Part shown: positions 12,001 through 23,049 of the stretch, one piece after another | How the letters are laid out: each line of letters begins with the position of its first letter | Numbering within the stretch: the stretch's first letter is position 1 | Source of the DNA: Raillietiella orientalis | Taxonomy: Eukaryota | Length of the DNA stretch: 64,000 nt | Direction of reading: 5' to 3' | Assembly: GCA_036172245.1 (NCBI GenBank) | Contig: JAYWIR010000008.1 | Span: 3,782,001 to 3,846,000, forward strand | Notes under the pieces: generated by a model | Databases searched by the model: none | Told to the model about the DNA's origin: nothing | Seen by the model: only the letters and a program-made list of their open reading frames with translations | Position numbers and translations under genes: made by a program

Positions 12001-13849
12001 CCCCTGCTGGAACCCGGCGTATCCCGAGGGAGAGAACGCTCCGGCGTTGTAGCCCGACGATAAGCAGCCCCGCCACCGGGACGAGTTGGGGAGGGAATGG
12101 GGTCGTGCGCACACCTCCCCTCCGGGGCCGAGGCTGCGCCCCGGTGCCGGAGAGGGAGGAGGAGGGAACGGGAAGACAGAGTGGAAGCGTTGCCAAGCTA
12201 CCGCGTTCCTTGGCAAGCGCGCTGGGAAAAGGGGGGAAGGGGAGACAGAGAGGGGAAAGGGGCAGCCAGAGCGTTAGGTTGAGCCTGGGAGGCTCCCCAT
12301 CCCCCCTCTTCGCTCCCCTCCCCTACCCCCGCGCAAGGACAAGAGCTGCGTCGGTCTTCAAGGCGCATTCGGGGACGCGCCGAAGCGACGGCCGGGTACG
12401 CCCGACGGGGCTTCCCGAGAGCTGCCGGTCGAAACGTCGAAGCATCGTAGCGAGCGGACGTGTTTTCGTCGCGCTCCGTGAGTTTCGGTTGGTGAGGAGT
12501 TTTTCGAGAGCTGCTGGTCAGTGCCGAGGCTCCTCTTCCGATGTAGGCGGAGGGAAGGCGGGGCGAGATGCCTTCGACAGGATGCCTTCCAGGAAGGAGC
12601 TGGCGGCGGGACCGAGGAGGAAGTGCTCGCGGCGAAAGACTGCTGTGAGGTCGTTTCCGCCCAACGGGAACGGAAGGGATGGGTGAGGTGGGTGCCGAGG
12701 CGCCTCCTCCGTGCCGAAAGGCGGGCGTGGAAGGTCCGGTCTTTCCTGGTCGGCTCCCCCTGTGTGGAGAGCCCGCGCCCCAAGGAAGGCAGCGCCTGTT
12801 TCGCCTCTTCCAGGCAGAGGCAGAGGTGCAGGAGCCGTTGGCGAGGAGTCCTCGGGAAGGGCGGGTCCGGGCCCGCCCAGCATCTGTGCGATTCCTCCGG
12901 GACCCTCGGAGACTGCTCCTCTCGGAGATGGGGCACCAGGAACCTTCGACTGCCTCAGGCAACCCAAAGTGGCGACTGCGCGCGTCTGGCTGGGAGGAGG
13001 AGCTGGTCCCGTCCCTCACAAGGGTCCGATCTCGTGCACCTCCCTGCGCGAGACCCTCTTGTCCCCCTTCCAGGTCAAAAAGATCCGCTTCCTGGACCCC
13101 GGAGCGGAGGGCTCCTTCTCTTCCAGGTGCTTTTTATTTCCGAAAGTCGCTGGCAGACGGCAGGGTGGTAGTCTCTGGCCGTACATCGCCAGGTGCGCGG
13201 GCCCCGTGCCACCATCGATGGGGAGTCGAATGATTCTTCCCCTCACGGGATCACCCCTGGCTCATGAGAAGCGGAGGAGGCGCCTGGGGATCGGAAACGA
13301 GCTCACGCGGGAGTGCGCGCTACCATACCGGCGATGGAAAGGCGCGAGTCCAACAGAGCCGGAGAGGCGTTGTCGTCACGGCCCTTCCCGGGGCGCGCTC
13401 CTCCTCGCTGGGCAGGAGGGGGCTGGGGAGAGGGAATAGGAGCACAAAAGAAAAGTGTGTGGAGGGGAGATCTGAAGGGAGTCGTTCGCGCCGAGCTTGC
13501 TCGGAAGCGGGGCAAGCGAAGGGGGGAGGAAGGAAAGGCGTGTTTCCTTCGAGGTGATTTCCCCTGCCACCGCCGCCTCCCGGTTGCCTGGTTACCATCT
13601 GTCCCCTGCCCCCCCTTTCCGGAGAGGGAGTCACCTCCCCTCTCTCCTCCCGTCCTCCAGCCGAGGGCCGTCTCCTCTTCCAGGTTTCGGGAGCCGGAAG
13701 AGGAGGCTGGCGGAGGCGAAACTTTGTTTCCATGGGAGCCGCACGTGCGGGGGGCGTGTGTCGGTGCCGTTCCTTTCCGCCCTCCCGGCCGGATGGCTCG
13801 GGCGTCGCGGTGGAACCTCTCTTCTTCCCTTGCCTCTCTGCCAAGGGTC

Positions 13850-15120
13850 TCAGGGGCAGCGCGTCACCGTCTCCGTTACGGTCACCGTGGCGACGGTGGC
13901 CGCCGCCAAAGTCCTCATCTGCTCGTCCAGGAAGGTCTTCAGGAGCTCCAGAAAGGAGGAGGACAGGAGCGCCAGGTCGCAGGAGTCCTCCGAAGAGATG
14001 GCCTCTCGCTTACCCCTGCGGACGACCTGGATATTCACGGAGGACTTCACGTGGACGCTGGCAGGCACCATACGGACGGACGACGGCTGGATGGCCGGGG
14101 AGCCGCCGCGGGACGGGGCGATGGGTCGCACGACGATGGGGGATGGGGCAGCGGGCCCCTGCGCAGGCCGCTTCGCCGGGCCGGAGATGACAACCGTCCG
14201 GATGTTTTCCTCCCGCGGCTTCGGCCGCTCCTTGCCGGCAGCTGCCTTGGCCCCACTGGGTATCTTCGGTGGGCGAGGAGCTGACTCCATCCCAGGGTGA
14301 GCCCTTCCTCCTCCGAAGACTCGGGGGGTCGGCGGAGGCTTGGGAAGGGACTTGGATGGGTGACCTTTGGAGGGGGGGCGGTAGGTCTTCAGCGACCTCT
14401 GAGTGGACGTAGCCACGACGACGTGCTTGATGACCTGCACTTTGGAAGAAACGAGGGTCTGGGAGCGGATCGAGGGGGAGGATGGCAAGGAGGACTGCGG
14501 AGGAGGCGCCTTGGAAAGAACTTTCGGGCCTCCTTTGGGCCGTGTCTGGGAGGTGACTCCGGGAGCGAGGGGGCTCGCCTCGGGCGAGGTCGGGTTCGCC
14601 AAAGGATGGGGCAGGGGGCGGGAAGCCTTTTCCGGGCGCGGTCTCTCGTAGGGCCTCTCAGGAACGCTCGCCTCGGAGGAAAGCATGGACAGCCTCGTCG
14701 ACGCGGGGGCACCTCCGGGGTCGTACGAACGCGTCTGCCCGGCGGAGCGCGACGGCGCTCCCTCCGCGAGGAAAGACGTAGTCGTCACGGCGACGGTCTG
14801 CGTGACGAGGTACGAGGTAGTGATCTTCTTGTTGCCGAAGGTGACGATGATCTTCGTGGGAGAGACCTCCGTGACCAGGCTGGTGATCACCGAGGAGGGC
14901 GGGGCAGAGGGTGCATCCGACCGCCTCTCGGGGCGGTCGGCGGAGGCGGTTTCCGGAGAAACGGGGGGGAAGGGCGTGTCCAGAAGTGGGAGGGTCAGGA
15001 GTTCATCCGTGGGCTGCAAAAGAAAACGCAATGGAGCTCCGCCCAGGTGCAGCAAGAATCTCTGCAGCAGCTGGTTGAGCAGCTGCTGGTTGTTGAACTG
15101 AAGCGAGGCGCACCGGAAGG
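13850..15120 (-). CDS. Uncharacterised Pro/Ser/Thr-rich (mucin-like) protein, large terminal exon
   Basis: 3' part of the longest ORF in the window. Acceptor cccccccttgtcttttggcag|CC at 15121/15120 (phase 1); an alternative phase-0 acceptor ttttcttttgcag|CCC lies at 15014/15013. The translation is protein-like (LQFNNQQLLNQLLQRFLLHL; TKIIVTFGNKKITTSYLVTQTVAVTTT; FLELLKTFLDEQMRTL; TVTVTETVTRCP*) and many codons end in G/C. Confidence 0.72.
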
Positions 15121-15238
15121 CTGCCAAAAGACAAGGGGGGGGAGCAGCAGTGAGAGACGAGGAGCCAATCACGTGGTCGCGCGCGCGCGCGCCATCTGAC
15201 CTTCCCCCTCCCTCCCTCCCCCTGCTCTGCCCGCTCGC

Positions 15239-15814
15239 CTCTCCACGCGCGTTGGAGCCGACGTCCTGGTGCATCCTCCCAGAGGCCTCGAGACAGGGAC
15301 TGGTCAACTGGACGGAGAGAGGAGAGGGGAGGGGAAGGAGGTTCAAGGGCGAACGCCCGAGTAACCACAGGAGCAGCGGCGATGCCTTCTGCCGGCGGCC
15401 GGAGGAGGTTCCTCGGAGCTTCGCCTCTCCGCCACGCCGGGCGCTGCTGCTGCTGCAGCCGATGAAAAGGAGCGCCGAAGGCCGAGCGCGGCAGCAGGGG
15501 AGGCTGCCTGCTCCGGCCCACTCCTTCGCCGCCTCGGGGTGCACTGGCGCCCGCAGCGTAGGTCCTGCCGCCCTCTGGTCCGGATTCCCATCGGGCAGGA
15601 CACCCGAAACCCGAACGGTAGGGAGGAGAAAAAAAAAGCGGGGTGGGGGTGGGGTTGAATCCGCCGTTCCCCAGGGAAATGGGAGGTGCAACGGCGTAGC
15701 CCCTGGCAGAACGCGCCACGTTGCTCCGTTGCTGCCTTTGCAGCATTCGGGAGGGGGAGAGGAACCGCCGAGTCTTCCCCTCGGGCCGTCCCCTTGTTCC
15801 GGGGCGACGAGGGC
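15239..15814 (-). CDS. Candidate internal exon (phase 1-1, 576 nt) of the same gene
   Basis: Acceptor catcgtctctgcag| at 15815/15814, just downstream of an in-frame stop. Open frame PRRPGTRGRPEGKTRRFLSPSRMLQRQQRSNVARSARGYAVAPP...RRLQRAWR. Ends at a GC donor AG|GCGAGC (15239/15238) whose phase fits the 15120 acceptor. Confidence 0.45.
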
Positions 15815-18196
15815 CTGCAGAGACGATGGGCTCCGTGGCTCCGTGCTGGGCGGGTTGGGCTCAGTTGGCGCCCCCGGGAGGTGCTCCGTCGATCTACCCC
15901 CTGACTCCGAGCCATCCCCCTCGAAGAGCCGCCCCTCATGCCCGCCCGGAAGCAAGCAGCTGCTGCTCCGGAAGCCCCTCCGAATCCTGGCGCTTCCGTC
16001 CACCCCCGAGGAAAACGGCTGACCACGGAGCGGACCGGCCCAGCTTAAAAACAGGGCCTCGGTCCTCCCCGCCTACCCTTGGGAGCGAAGAAGGGCGACG
16101 ATCGCGAATGAGGAGCGACAGCGGCCTTCGAGAGCGGGCGGGGCGGCCGGACGCGACCCAAGGGACGGAGCCTCGTGAAGGAGGGGGGTTTCTCGCCCTT
16201 CCGATTCCTCCCTCTGCGTCCGCTAGAGGGGAGGGAGGCTGCCGTCGCGCGAAGTGCATGCCGTCCCAGCGGAGAGGAAGCTAAGCTCTTCGCGCACCGC
16301 CGCCTGGGACCCCTAATCACGGGGCACCCACCGCCCGTGGGCGCAGGACGGTGCGTCTTCCGGGAAATATCCGCGAGCCAGTTTCCCGGGACGAGGCCGG
16401 TGTGAGCTCATCCGGCAAAGCGGTGGGAGTGAGAGGCGCTGCTGGGGACCCACACGGACTCACGGGCCCGGCGCCTCCGACGCCAGCCCCTGGCGCTTGG
16501 AGCCTGGGACGAGGCTTTCGGCGACGCGTTCCGGAGCTGCTCCAGAAACAGCTCCAAGCCGGGATCCCGGGCCCCGCCTCTTCCGGATCGCCCCACCCCT
16601 CAGGAGGACTTCGGACTGCTGGCATCCGCTTGCCTGGTGCATCCAGATCCGCCCAAGAGAGACACGACGGGCCTGATCCCTCCTGGACCACATAAAATCT
16701 GGAGTCGCTTCCCTGGGCGCGACGCGACATTCCCCGAAATACTTGGAAGCCGTGCTCCTGGGAGGATCGGAGGAGAGAGGGGAACACGCAAGAGAGCCAC
16801 GTGGACTTGAGTTTCACGCGGAAAGCGATGCGGGTGCGAGGGGCCGAACCGCGGCGGTCCCGACTCGGGGAAGAATCCGGGGCGAAGAACGGACCGCAAG
16901 CGAAACAGGCGCGGGATAGCGCGAGATGACCTGGACGAGGAAGCGGGAGTGCACGGAGCGTCCGGTCCATGACCCCAGTTGTCGGAACCCGGAGGCCACC
17001 TCCTGGGGCTTCGGGGAGGTCTCCAGGAGATCCCTGTCTCACCGGGCACCCGTTTCGGGGCGTCGCTCCAGCAAAGCATGCGGCTCGTCGAGTCTCTCCA
17101 GCTCCGTCAGGATCGACGCATTAACACGTGATAGGATTCGGATTCTGATTAGTCGAGTCGAGAGCCCTCTCCCGACCGTCGACCCTAGAGTGTGTAAACG
17201 CAACCGGGTAATGTTCCATTATCACCCCCCATCCCAGCTCTGGACGAAAATCCCTTTAGAAAAAAACTGAGGAAAAAAACAAAAACAAAAAAGGGAAGGA
17301 CTGACACGGACCTTTAGTGAGGTGGGTAAGGGGCAACGGAAAGCGCCAACGAGCAGCTCGCAGCACTGTCCTCGCAAAAACGCAAAAGTCCGAGCACGCA
17401 TGGGGAGTAGCAGAGACAACGATGAGGAAAAACTTCCACCAGGAAAGTCGCCATCAGTCAGGAACACCGAGAGGGGGGAAACCAGTTCCAGGATGCCGTT
17501 TTTGGATGGCGACTTTCGAATCGTGTGCATCCACAAAAAAAAAAATGCACCTGCTAACCACGGTTCCATCTCATGGCAGACAGAGGACTCCATGTTGGTG
17601 GGCGCGTGCACGCTCGCTTGTGATTGGACCGTAAAAATTCCGTAGGCTTATTTGAAGAAAGCTGTTTTTTCCTCACCGAAAAAAATGACATTTAAAATAA
17701 AAAAAAAAACTTGAAAACGCTTGCACACACGAAAAGGAGCCATACATATTTCTCTCCCTTTTTTCTGTGTCTCGGAAGAGCTGCACCCACATTCACGTTG
17801 TCTCCATTGCAGAGACACCGCTGGCCCTTCGGTTTCAGACGATCGCGATCCACCGAGCGACGTTCTTGGTATCGTTGCCCTTGTTACCTGCTTCTTTCAG
17901 CAGCCTTTGAGTTCTCCAGAGCGAGACCTGTGCCCTCCCCCCTCCCCCCCGCACCCCATGCACTTTGTTGTTATCACTCGAGACGGAATGTCATGCGCAA
18001 CACACGGACTTCTCTCCAGGGCCACGCGGGTACCTCCCTTGGTCTTTTCCGCCCTTCTCCAGAGAGAGTGGCGTCTTTCTCTCCGAGGGAAGAAGGAGTG
18101 GAATGGAAGCTGATGATGGAGATGGGACCGGACAAGCAGTTCTGATGACAGCAGCCGGGAGGAGTTTTTCCGGCAGGCGCTCCCGTGGAATCCCAC

Positions 18197-18226
18197 CTGA
18201 TCGGCCAGCTTGTACGAACACGGGGG
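18197..18226 (-). CDS. Candidate 30-nt micro-exon (APVFVQAGRSG if phase 1-1)
   Basis: Strong acceptor ctcctcctttccattctcag| and donor CAG|GTGGGA. Length is a multiple of 3 and it is open in all frames, so the frame is inferred only from neighbouring exons. Confidence 0.3.
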
Positions 18227-19176
18227 CTGAGAATGGAAAGGAGGAGGGGAGGGGGGGGGGGAGACAAGGTGAAACGCGCAGACCCACGCACGCAGACGGA
18301 CTGGTGAGGGAACGAAAGCGAGAGCGAAGGCGGGGCTTCGACAAGGGGGCAGCGAACGAGATGGGCAGACGGAGCCCGGGAGCCGACCTTGAAATGAGAA
18401 TCCTCGCAAACATCCTTCCTTCTCCCTCGGTCCTCGAGAGTCATCCGCAGGCGAAGTGACGGGACGGACGGCGTGCGGGAGGAGGATCGCCCTCGGGAGA
18501 CGCGAGGGACCGCCGGCAGCCGCGATCCTGGCTAGAGATCTTTCCAGTAGAGCCCGAGGCGCTGGCGGCGGCTGCAGTGGAGGTCACGCCTAGAAAGTCC
18601 TCCCGGTCTCCAAGGAGCCGCTTCCGCTTCCGGGATTCTCTCTAGGGGGGCGCGGCGCGCCCCGCGGTCTGCATCTGGGCGTGCGCTCGAGGAGGCAGGG
18701 ACGACGTCCCAAGGACACGCTGCAAGTGCCACGGGAGCTCGGCACGGACTCGGGAGGCACGACCCGACGGAGCTCTGGACAAGTCCTCCCGCGGCAGAAG
18801 TCCCCCCACGGGAACCTCCTTCGGCGTGGAAAGGGGGCAAGGGAGTGGAGGTGGATAGGGCAACACTCTTCCTGAGTGCGCTCGCGCGCGCTCTCACGCG
18901 CTCTCACGCGGCTATCCTAGGGAGACAGGCGGAGTCCTGCAGCGCAGGCGAGTGAGACGTGGAAACGGGCGGGGCGAGGACGCTCTCCCGGATAGGGCGA
19001 GGGGGAGGTGTGCGGGGTGGGGGAAGGGGGGGGGACGCAGCTAGGTCAGTCGACATGACCTCACCCCACCCGCCCCAGGTCCTCCTCCCCCACCCTCACG
19101 TGCGCGCGCGCTCGTGGCTACGAGCCTGACCACCGCCGCGACAGCGCCCACCAACCACCACACCCTGCGGCCGTAC

Positions 19177-19270
19177 CTGCTTCGCCCGGATGTTCGTGCT
19201 GGGCGACTGCCACCGACCTCCGAAGGACGACGCAACCGAAGAGAGCGAGCGCGAGGCTTCCGACAGGCAT
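19177..19270 (-). CDS. Candidate first exon with signal-peptide-like sequence for the Pro/Ser/Thr-rich gene
   Basis: ATG at 19270 gives MPVGSLALALFGCVVLRRSVAVAQHEHPGEA (hydrophobic core, AVA|Q cleavage-like site), followed by phase-1 donor CAG|GTACGG. Joining 94+30+576+1271 nt gives an uninterrupted 656-aa ORF. Confidence 0.42.
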
Positions 19271-20234
19271 GTCTTCTCCCGCCGCCACCGCCGCCGCCGC
19301 TGCCGTCGCCAGAGACTCTCGTCGACTGGCCCGATTGGCTCCTTTCCGTGCGTGGCGCCCCGGAGTCTCCGCCGCCGCCGTCGGAGACCCCCGGCTCGGC
19401 CCTCTCGGCGGTGGAAACGCCCACGGGAGCCCGAGTCCCTCCGCTGCCGAGTCCAAGGTCGCCCGCGCGAGCGCGCACCTGCGGGCGACTTGATTTCTTG
19501 TTCCACTCCCCCTCCTCCTTCGTGGTCTCCCTCCTTTCTTTCTTGGCCGAGCGCTTCTCTCCCGCCTCCTCCTCCTCCTCCTCCTCAGGCTGGACCTACG
19601 GAATGCACCCCCTGCGAGAGACCCTGGGAAGAAGCCACCCTCCCGGAGCCCACGCCCACAGGACAGAAAACCACGTGACAACGAAACTCCTTCAATGCCA
19701 ACAGCCCTTCACGAAGGGCAAAACAGGGTGGGGTGGAAGGGGAGAGGGGAAGGAGGAGGAGGGACGTACCGCAGATGATACGCCTGCGACGGACGACGAC
19801 GACGCGGTGCTCCAGAGTGGGGGTGGCGGGGAAGGACGACCGCCGCTAGCCGGCGCTGCTTCTCCTCCTCGACGTCGAGGAAAGGAAGGGATGAGGAGGT
19901 GGGCAGGAAGAGGGCAGACCCGGGAAGGGACGCTCCCTCGTGCGGGTCCCCGAAGCGGGAGGCGGGGACGCCGTCGACGAGCCCTGATGCGGCGGCGGTG
20001 GAAGTGGTGGGGGCGGGAGGGAGGGGACACGAGGGGACACGAGGAGACCCCTCGCGCGCCGTCGCCGTCGCTTTCCCCCGGGCCTAGAGCCCGTGCGAGC
20101 TTCGGGCCCGGCCGTGCCGCCGCCCCGGGCCCTCCCCGCTCCGTCAGCTCCGGCGCCTCAGCCGAGGAGGCGGGAGAAAGTGGACGGGGGATCGGGGAGG
20201 GAAGGGGGGGGGGGTAGAGGGCGGCCGATCCCCC

Positions 20235-20687
20235 TCAGACCAGAGAGCACGTCTCCTTCAGCTTGTTGCGGGACCGGTTCTTCTTCGTGTCGAAGTTGAG
20301 CGAGATGGTCCGGTTCTTCTCCATGTTCAGCAGCTCCTGGAAGAGCTCCTTCACGTTGTGGTTGGTCTTGGCCGAGGTCTCCAGGAAGTTGCAGCCCCAT
20401 GCCCTGGCCTGCTCTTCTGCCTCCGCGTGCTCCACCTCCCTCGTCTCGCTCTCGTCGCACTTGTTGCCCACCAGCATCACGGGCACTCCCTCCAGGCTCC
20501 CCTTGGTCTCCCGGATGCCGTCCCAGATGGGTCGCAGTTCGTCCAGCGACTGCCTGCTGGTGATCGAGTAGACCAGGACGAAGGCGTGGCCCTTGGACAT
20601 GTTCAGCCGCTGCATAGCCGGGAACTGGTGGGAGCCTGTCGTGTCCGTGATCTGTAGCGTGCAGATGTTCTTGTTGCAGCTGATCAC
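20235..20687 (-). CDS. DIRAS2: GTP-binding protein Di-Ras (DIRAS1/2-like), coding exon 2
   Basis: Acceptor ctctgctccag|GTG at 20688/20687. Encodes [28 protein letters not shown] with the Di-Ras-type G3 DTTGS, G4 NKCD, G5 ETSAK and C-terminal CaaX CSLV*. Stop TGA 20237-20235. Confidence 0.96.
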   Translation of the reverse strand: MISCNKNICTLQITDTTGSHQFPAMQRLNMSKGHAFVLVYSITSRQSLDELRPIWDGIRETKGSLEGVPVMLVGNKCDESETREVEHAEAEEQARAWGCNFLETSAKTNHNVKELFQELLNMEKNRTISLNFDTKKNRSRNKLKETCSLV

Positions 20688-20920
20688 CTGGAGCAGAGTG
20701 GTCGTCACCGGCGCGTGCCACCGAGGAAGGAGGAGGAGGAAGAAGGCGCCGCTGCTGCCCGTCGTTGGAGTCGAGCACCTCTCCCTCCCCCCCTCCTCCT
20801 CTCCAAGGAGCTCCTCCTTTCTTCAGGCAGGAGGGGAGAGGGAGGAGAGAGAGGACTAGCCACCAAGAAGGCCCAGCAGCGAAAGTGGCGGCTGCGGCGA
20901 CGAAGGTGGGTGGGACCCAC

Positions 20921-21058
20921 CTGTCTATACGTGTCCTCGATCGTGGGTATGTAGCTGTCCCTGAAGGTACCCTTGACGAAACGCAGCACCAAGGAGGATT
21001 TGCCAACTCCTCCCGCTCCGAAGACGACGACCCTGTAATCATTGCTTTGCTCCGGCAT
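20921..21058 (-). CDS. DIRAS2: GTP-binding protein Di-Ras, coding exon 1
   Basis: [46 protein letters not shown] is the hallmark Di-Ras N-terminus with P-loop GAGGVGKS and effector region PTIEDTY. Donor CAG|GTGGGT at 20921/20920, then a 233-nt phase-0 intron. Total 196 aa. A probable acceptor ctacgctccag|gactATG lies at 21063/21062. Confidence 0.96.
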
Positions 21059-22944
21059 AGTCCTGGAGCGTAGAGTATCTTCATGGAGCTACCGGGAAAC
21101 ACAAAGACGAAGAGATGAGTCTGCGAAGAGGAGCGTCTGAGGCGACTCCGTCCGACTCGCCGTCCTCTCCTTTTCCTGGAGAGGGGGCTGCGGGGCTTGG
21201 AGGAACCGCATCCCTCCGAGATCGCAGCTTCCCTTCCTCCTGAGAGCATTACGAGGCACCACCGGGCGGACGCTCGCCGGCGCAAAGAGAACGCGAAGAG
21301 TGAAGCGTTGTCGCCCGGATGCACAGGGGGAGTCCGAGGGATGCAGCTCGTCACACGCCCCCGGACGGGGATCGCGGAACGAGCGGAGGAAGAAAGGAAG
21401 GGCGCAAGGGGAGCCAAAACGCGCTCGACGAGACCTCTGGGAGCGAGCAGAGATGGGTCGGCCGAGGCCTCCAGGAGGCGCGCGCGCCAGGCTTCGGGAC
21501 GATCAAGCGGTGGTGCTGCCCGCGACCGTGGACGTGGGGGGTTCGGGAGGAGGAGGTGGGAGGAATTCCCGAGAACTCCGAGGGCACCGGGGACTCGGAA
21601 GGGCCCGTTCCCGTATCGCCGCTCGCCGTGGCAGATCGGCTGCTCCAGCATGCAGCGAAACGAACTGTAGCGGAGCGGTTGCCCCGGAAAGGAGAAACCC
21701 CGGCAACGGGGGGAGGGGGGTAACGTCGATTTCATCGTTGCGAGGAATGAGGGAGTCACGTGATCCCCCCAGTCTACGCCTCGTTCGACCAGACGCGTTT
21801 GCATTTAGGATTTCCTTGCTGTCACGTGCGATCGCATGTTCCGTCCCAGAAAGAAATATGGAAAAACACAAAAACGAAAGCAAAAAAAAAAAAAAGAAGA
21901 AGAAGTATCATCGGAGGTCCAAGAAGCGAAACAGCGACTCTCGCTATGAGGGACACGAGGATGCACGAGCAGCGCATGTTAAGAGGTAAGCGTAAAACAA
22001 TTTTCCATCTCCCTCAATGGAAGAGTATCAGCTCTGAGGCTTCCTGTTTGCATCACAGGGAAGCACGAGTTGGTAGCTCTCCATTCTGAAAGGGGAAAAA
22101 AAAAACAAAACCCCAAATTACCGTCGCAATGATTTCGCATCTAGAGAAAGTCCGCTACTTCGAATGCCTGTTTGTATGGTTTTATGGCAAGCGGAGCAAA
22201 GAGTTTGCGTTTGGCCTTGCGTTGTACTGAACCATCGATTCAACTCAAGTCTGCGACGTTGAGTCGCCTAATGGTTCTCATCCTCTATCGTTTCTCCTTT
22301 ATTGGAACCAGGCCGAGGAAAGAAGAGCGCTGCATTCTGTGGAACGCCTTAGCGGCTCGGAGGCGCAAACTGCGGCCGTATTCCCGGATAGCACCAACGA
22401 GGTTCTTCTTCCGAGATTCCCGGAGATGCGGGTGGAGGGACACCGGCGGCAGGAATATGACCGGGAAAATGCGCTCTTGCGGCCCGTCTGAAAGCATCTG
22501 ACCGTCACCTGCAGCTATTCTCCAAAGCAATCGTCCGCTCCCGGTTCGGTTTGAAGATTAGCGGGGTCCCAGTGGTCGATTCACCGCCCAACCACCCGGC
22601 AAGGTGTCCGACGGCCCCTGCCACAAAAACAAACTGCGAAGAGAAGACCGTCTGGACAGCCGGCTCGGTCGACGGGCTCTTCGGAGGAGTCCATGGGGCA
22701 CCTTCCCGATCGCCGTGGTCCCCCGGTGGCCACCGTGCAGTGTTGGGAGGACGCCGGGGAGCGAGCACGCGTTACACCCACCCGTGAGCAGCATGGCCAC
22801 CGCAGTGTCCGAGCATCGGATGGTGGTGCTCTCCCTCCGCCCGCGTTCCTCGACAGCAAACGGAGTCGCCGCGGCCTCGCGTTCCGCGCGTTCTCACCGT
22901 GCCCTTCGGACCGAAATTCTCGGGGCGGCTGGAAGAAGGATTAC

Positions 22945-23049
22945 CTGATCGCAGCGCGGAGTTCGCAGTGGAAGACAATGAGGCGAAGCTTCAATCCCAA
23001 TGAGGTCTTTGACTCTGACGCCCCCCTGGTGCATTTTCTGACAGGAGTC
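22945..23049 (-). other. Candidate upstream exon of Di-Ras (105 nt)
   Basis: Strong acceptor tttccaaattttattctag| and donor CAG|GTAATC on the Di-Ras strand, about 1.9 kb upstream of the 21062 acceptor. Confidence 0.35.

Noticed and set aside
15121..16003. N-terminal ~295 aa of the 717-aa ORF
   Set aside because: Non-ATG start and noise-like translation. A strong acceptor at 15120 and a better exon in another frame explain the region.
20158..21804. 548-aa minus-strand ORF overlapping Di-Ras
   Set aside because: An alternate frame of GC-rich Di-Ras exons plus intron and upstream sequence, with no recognisable domain.
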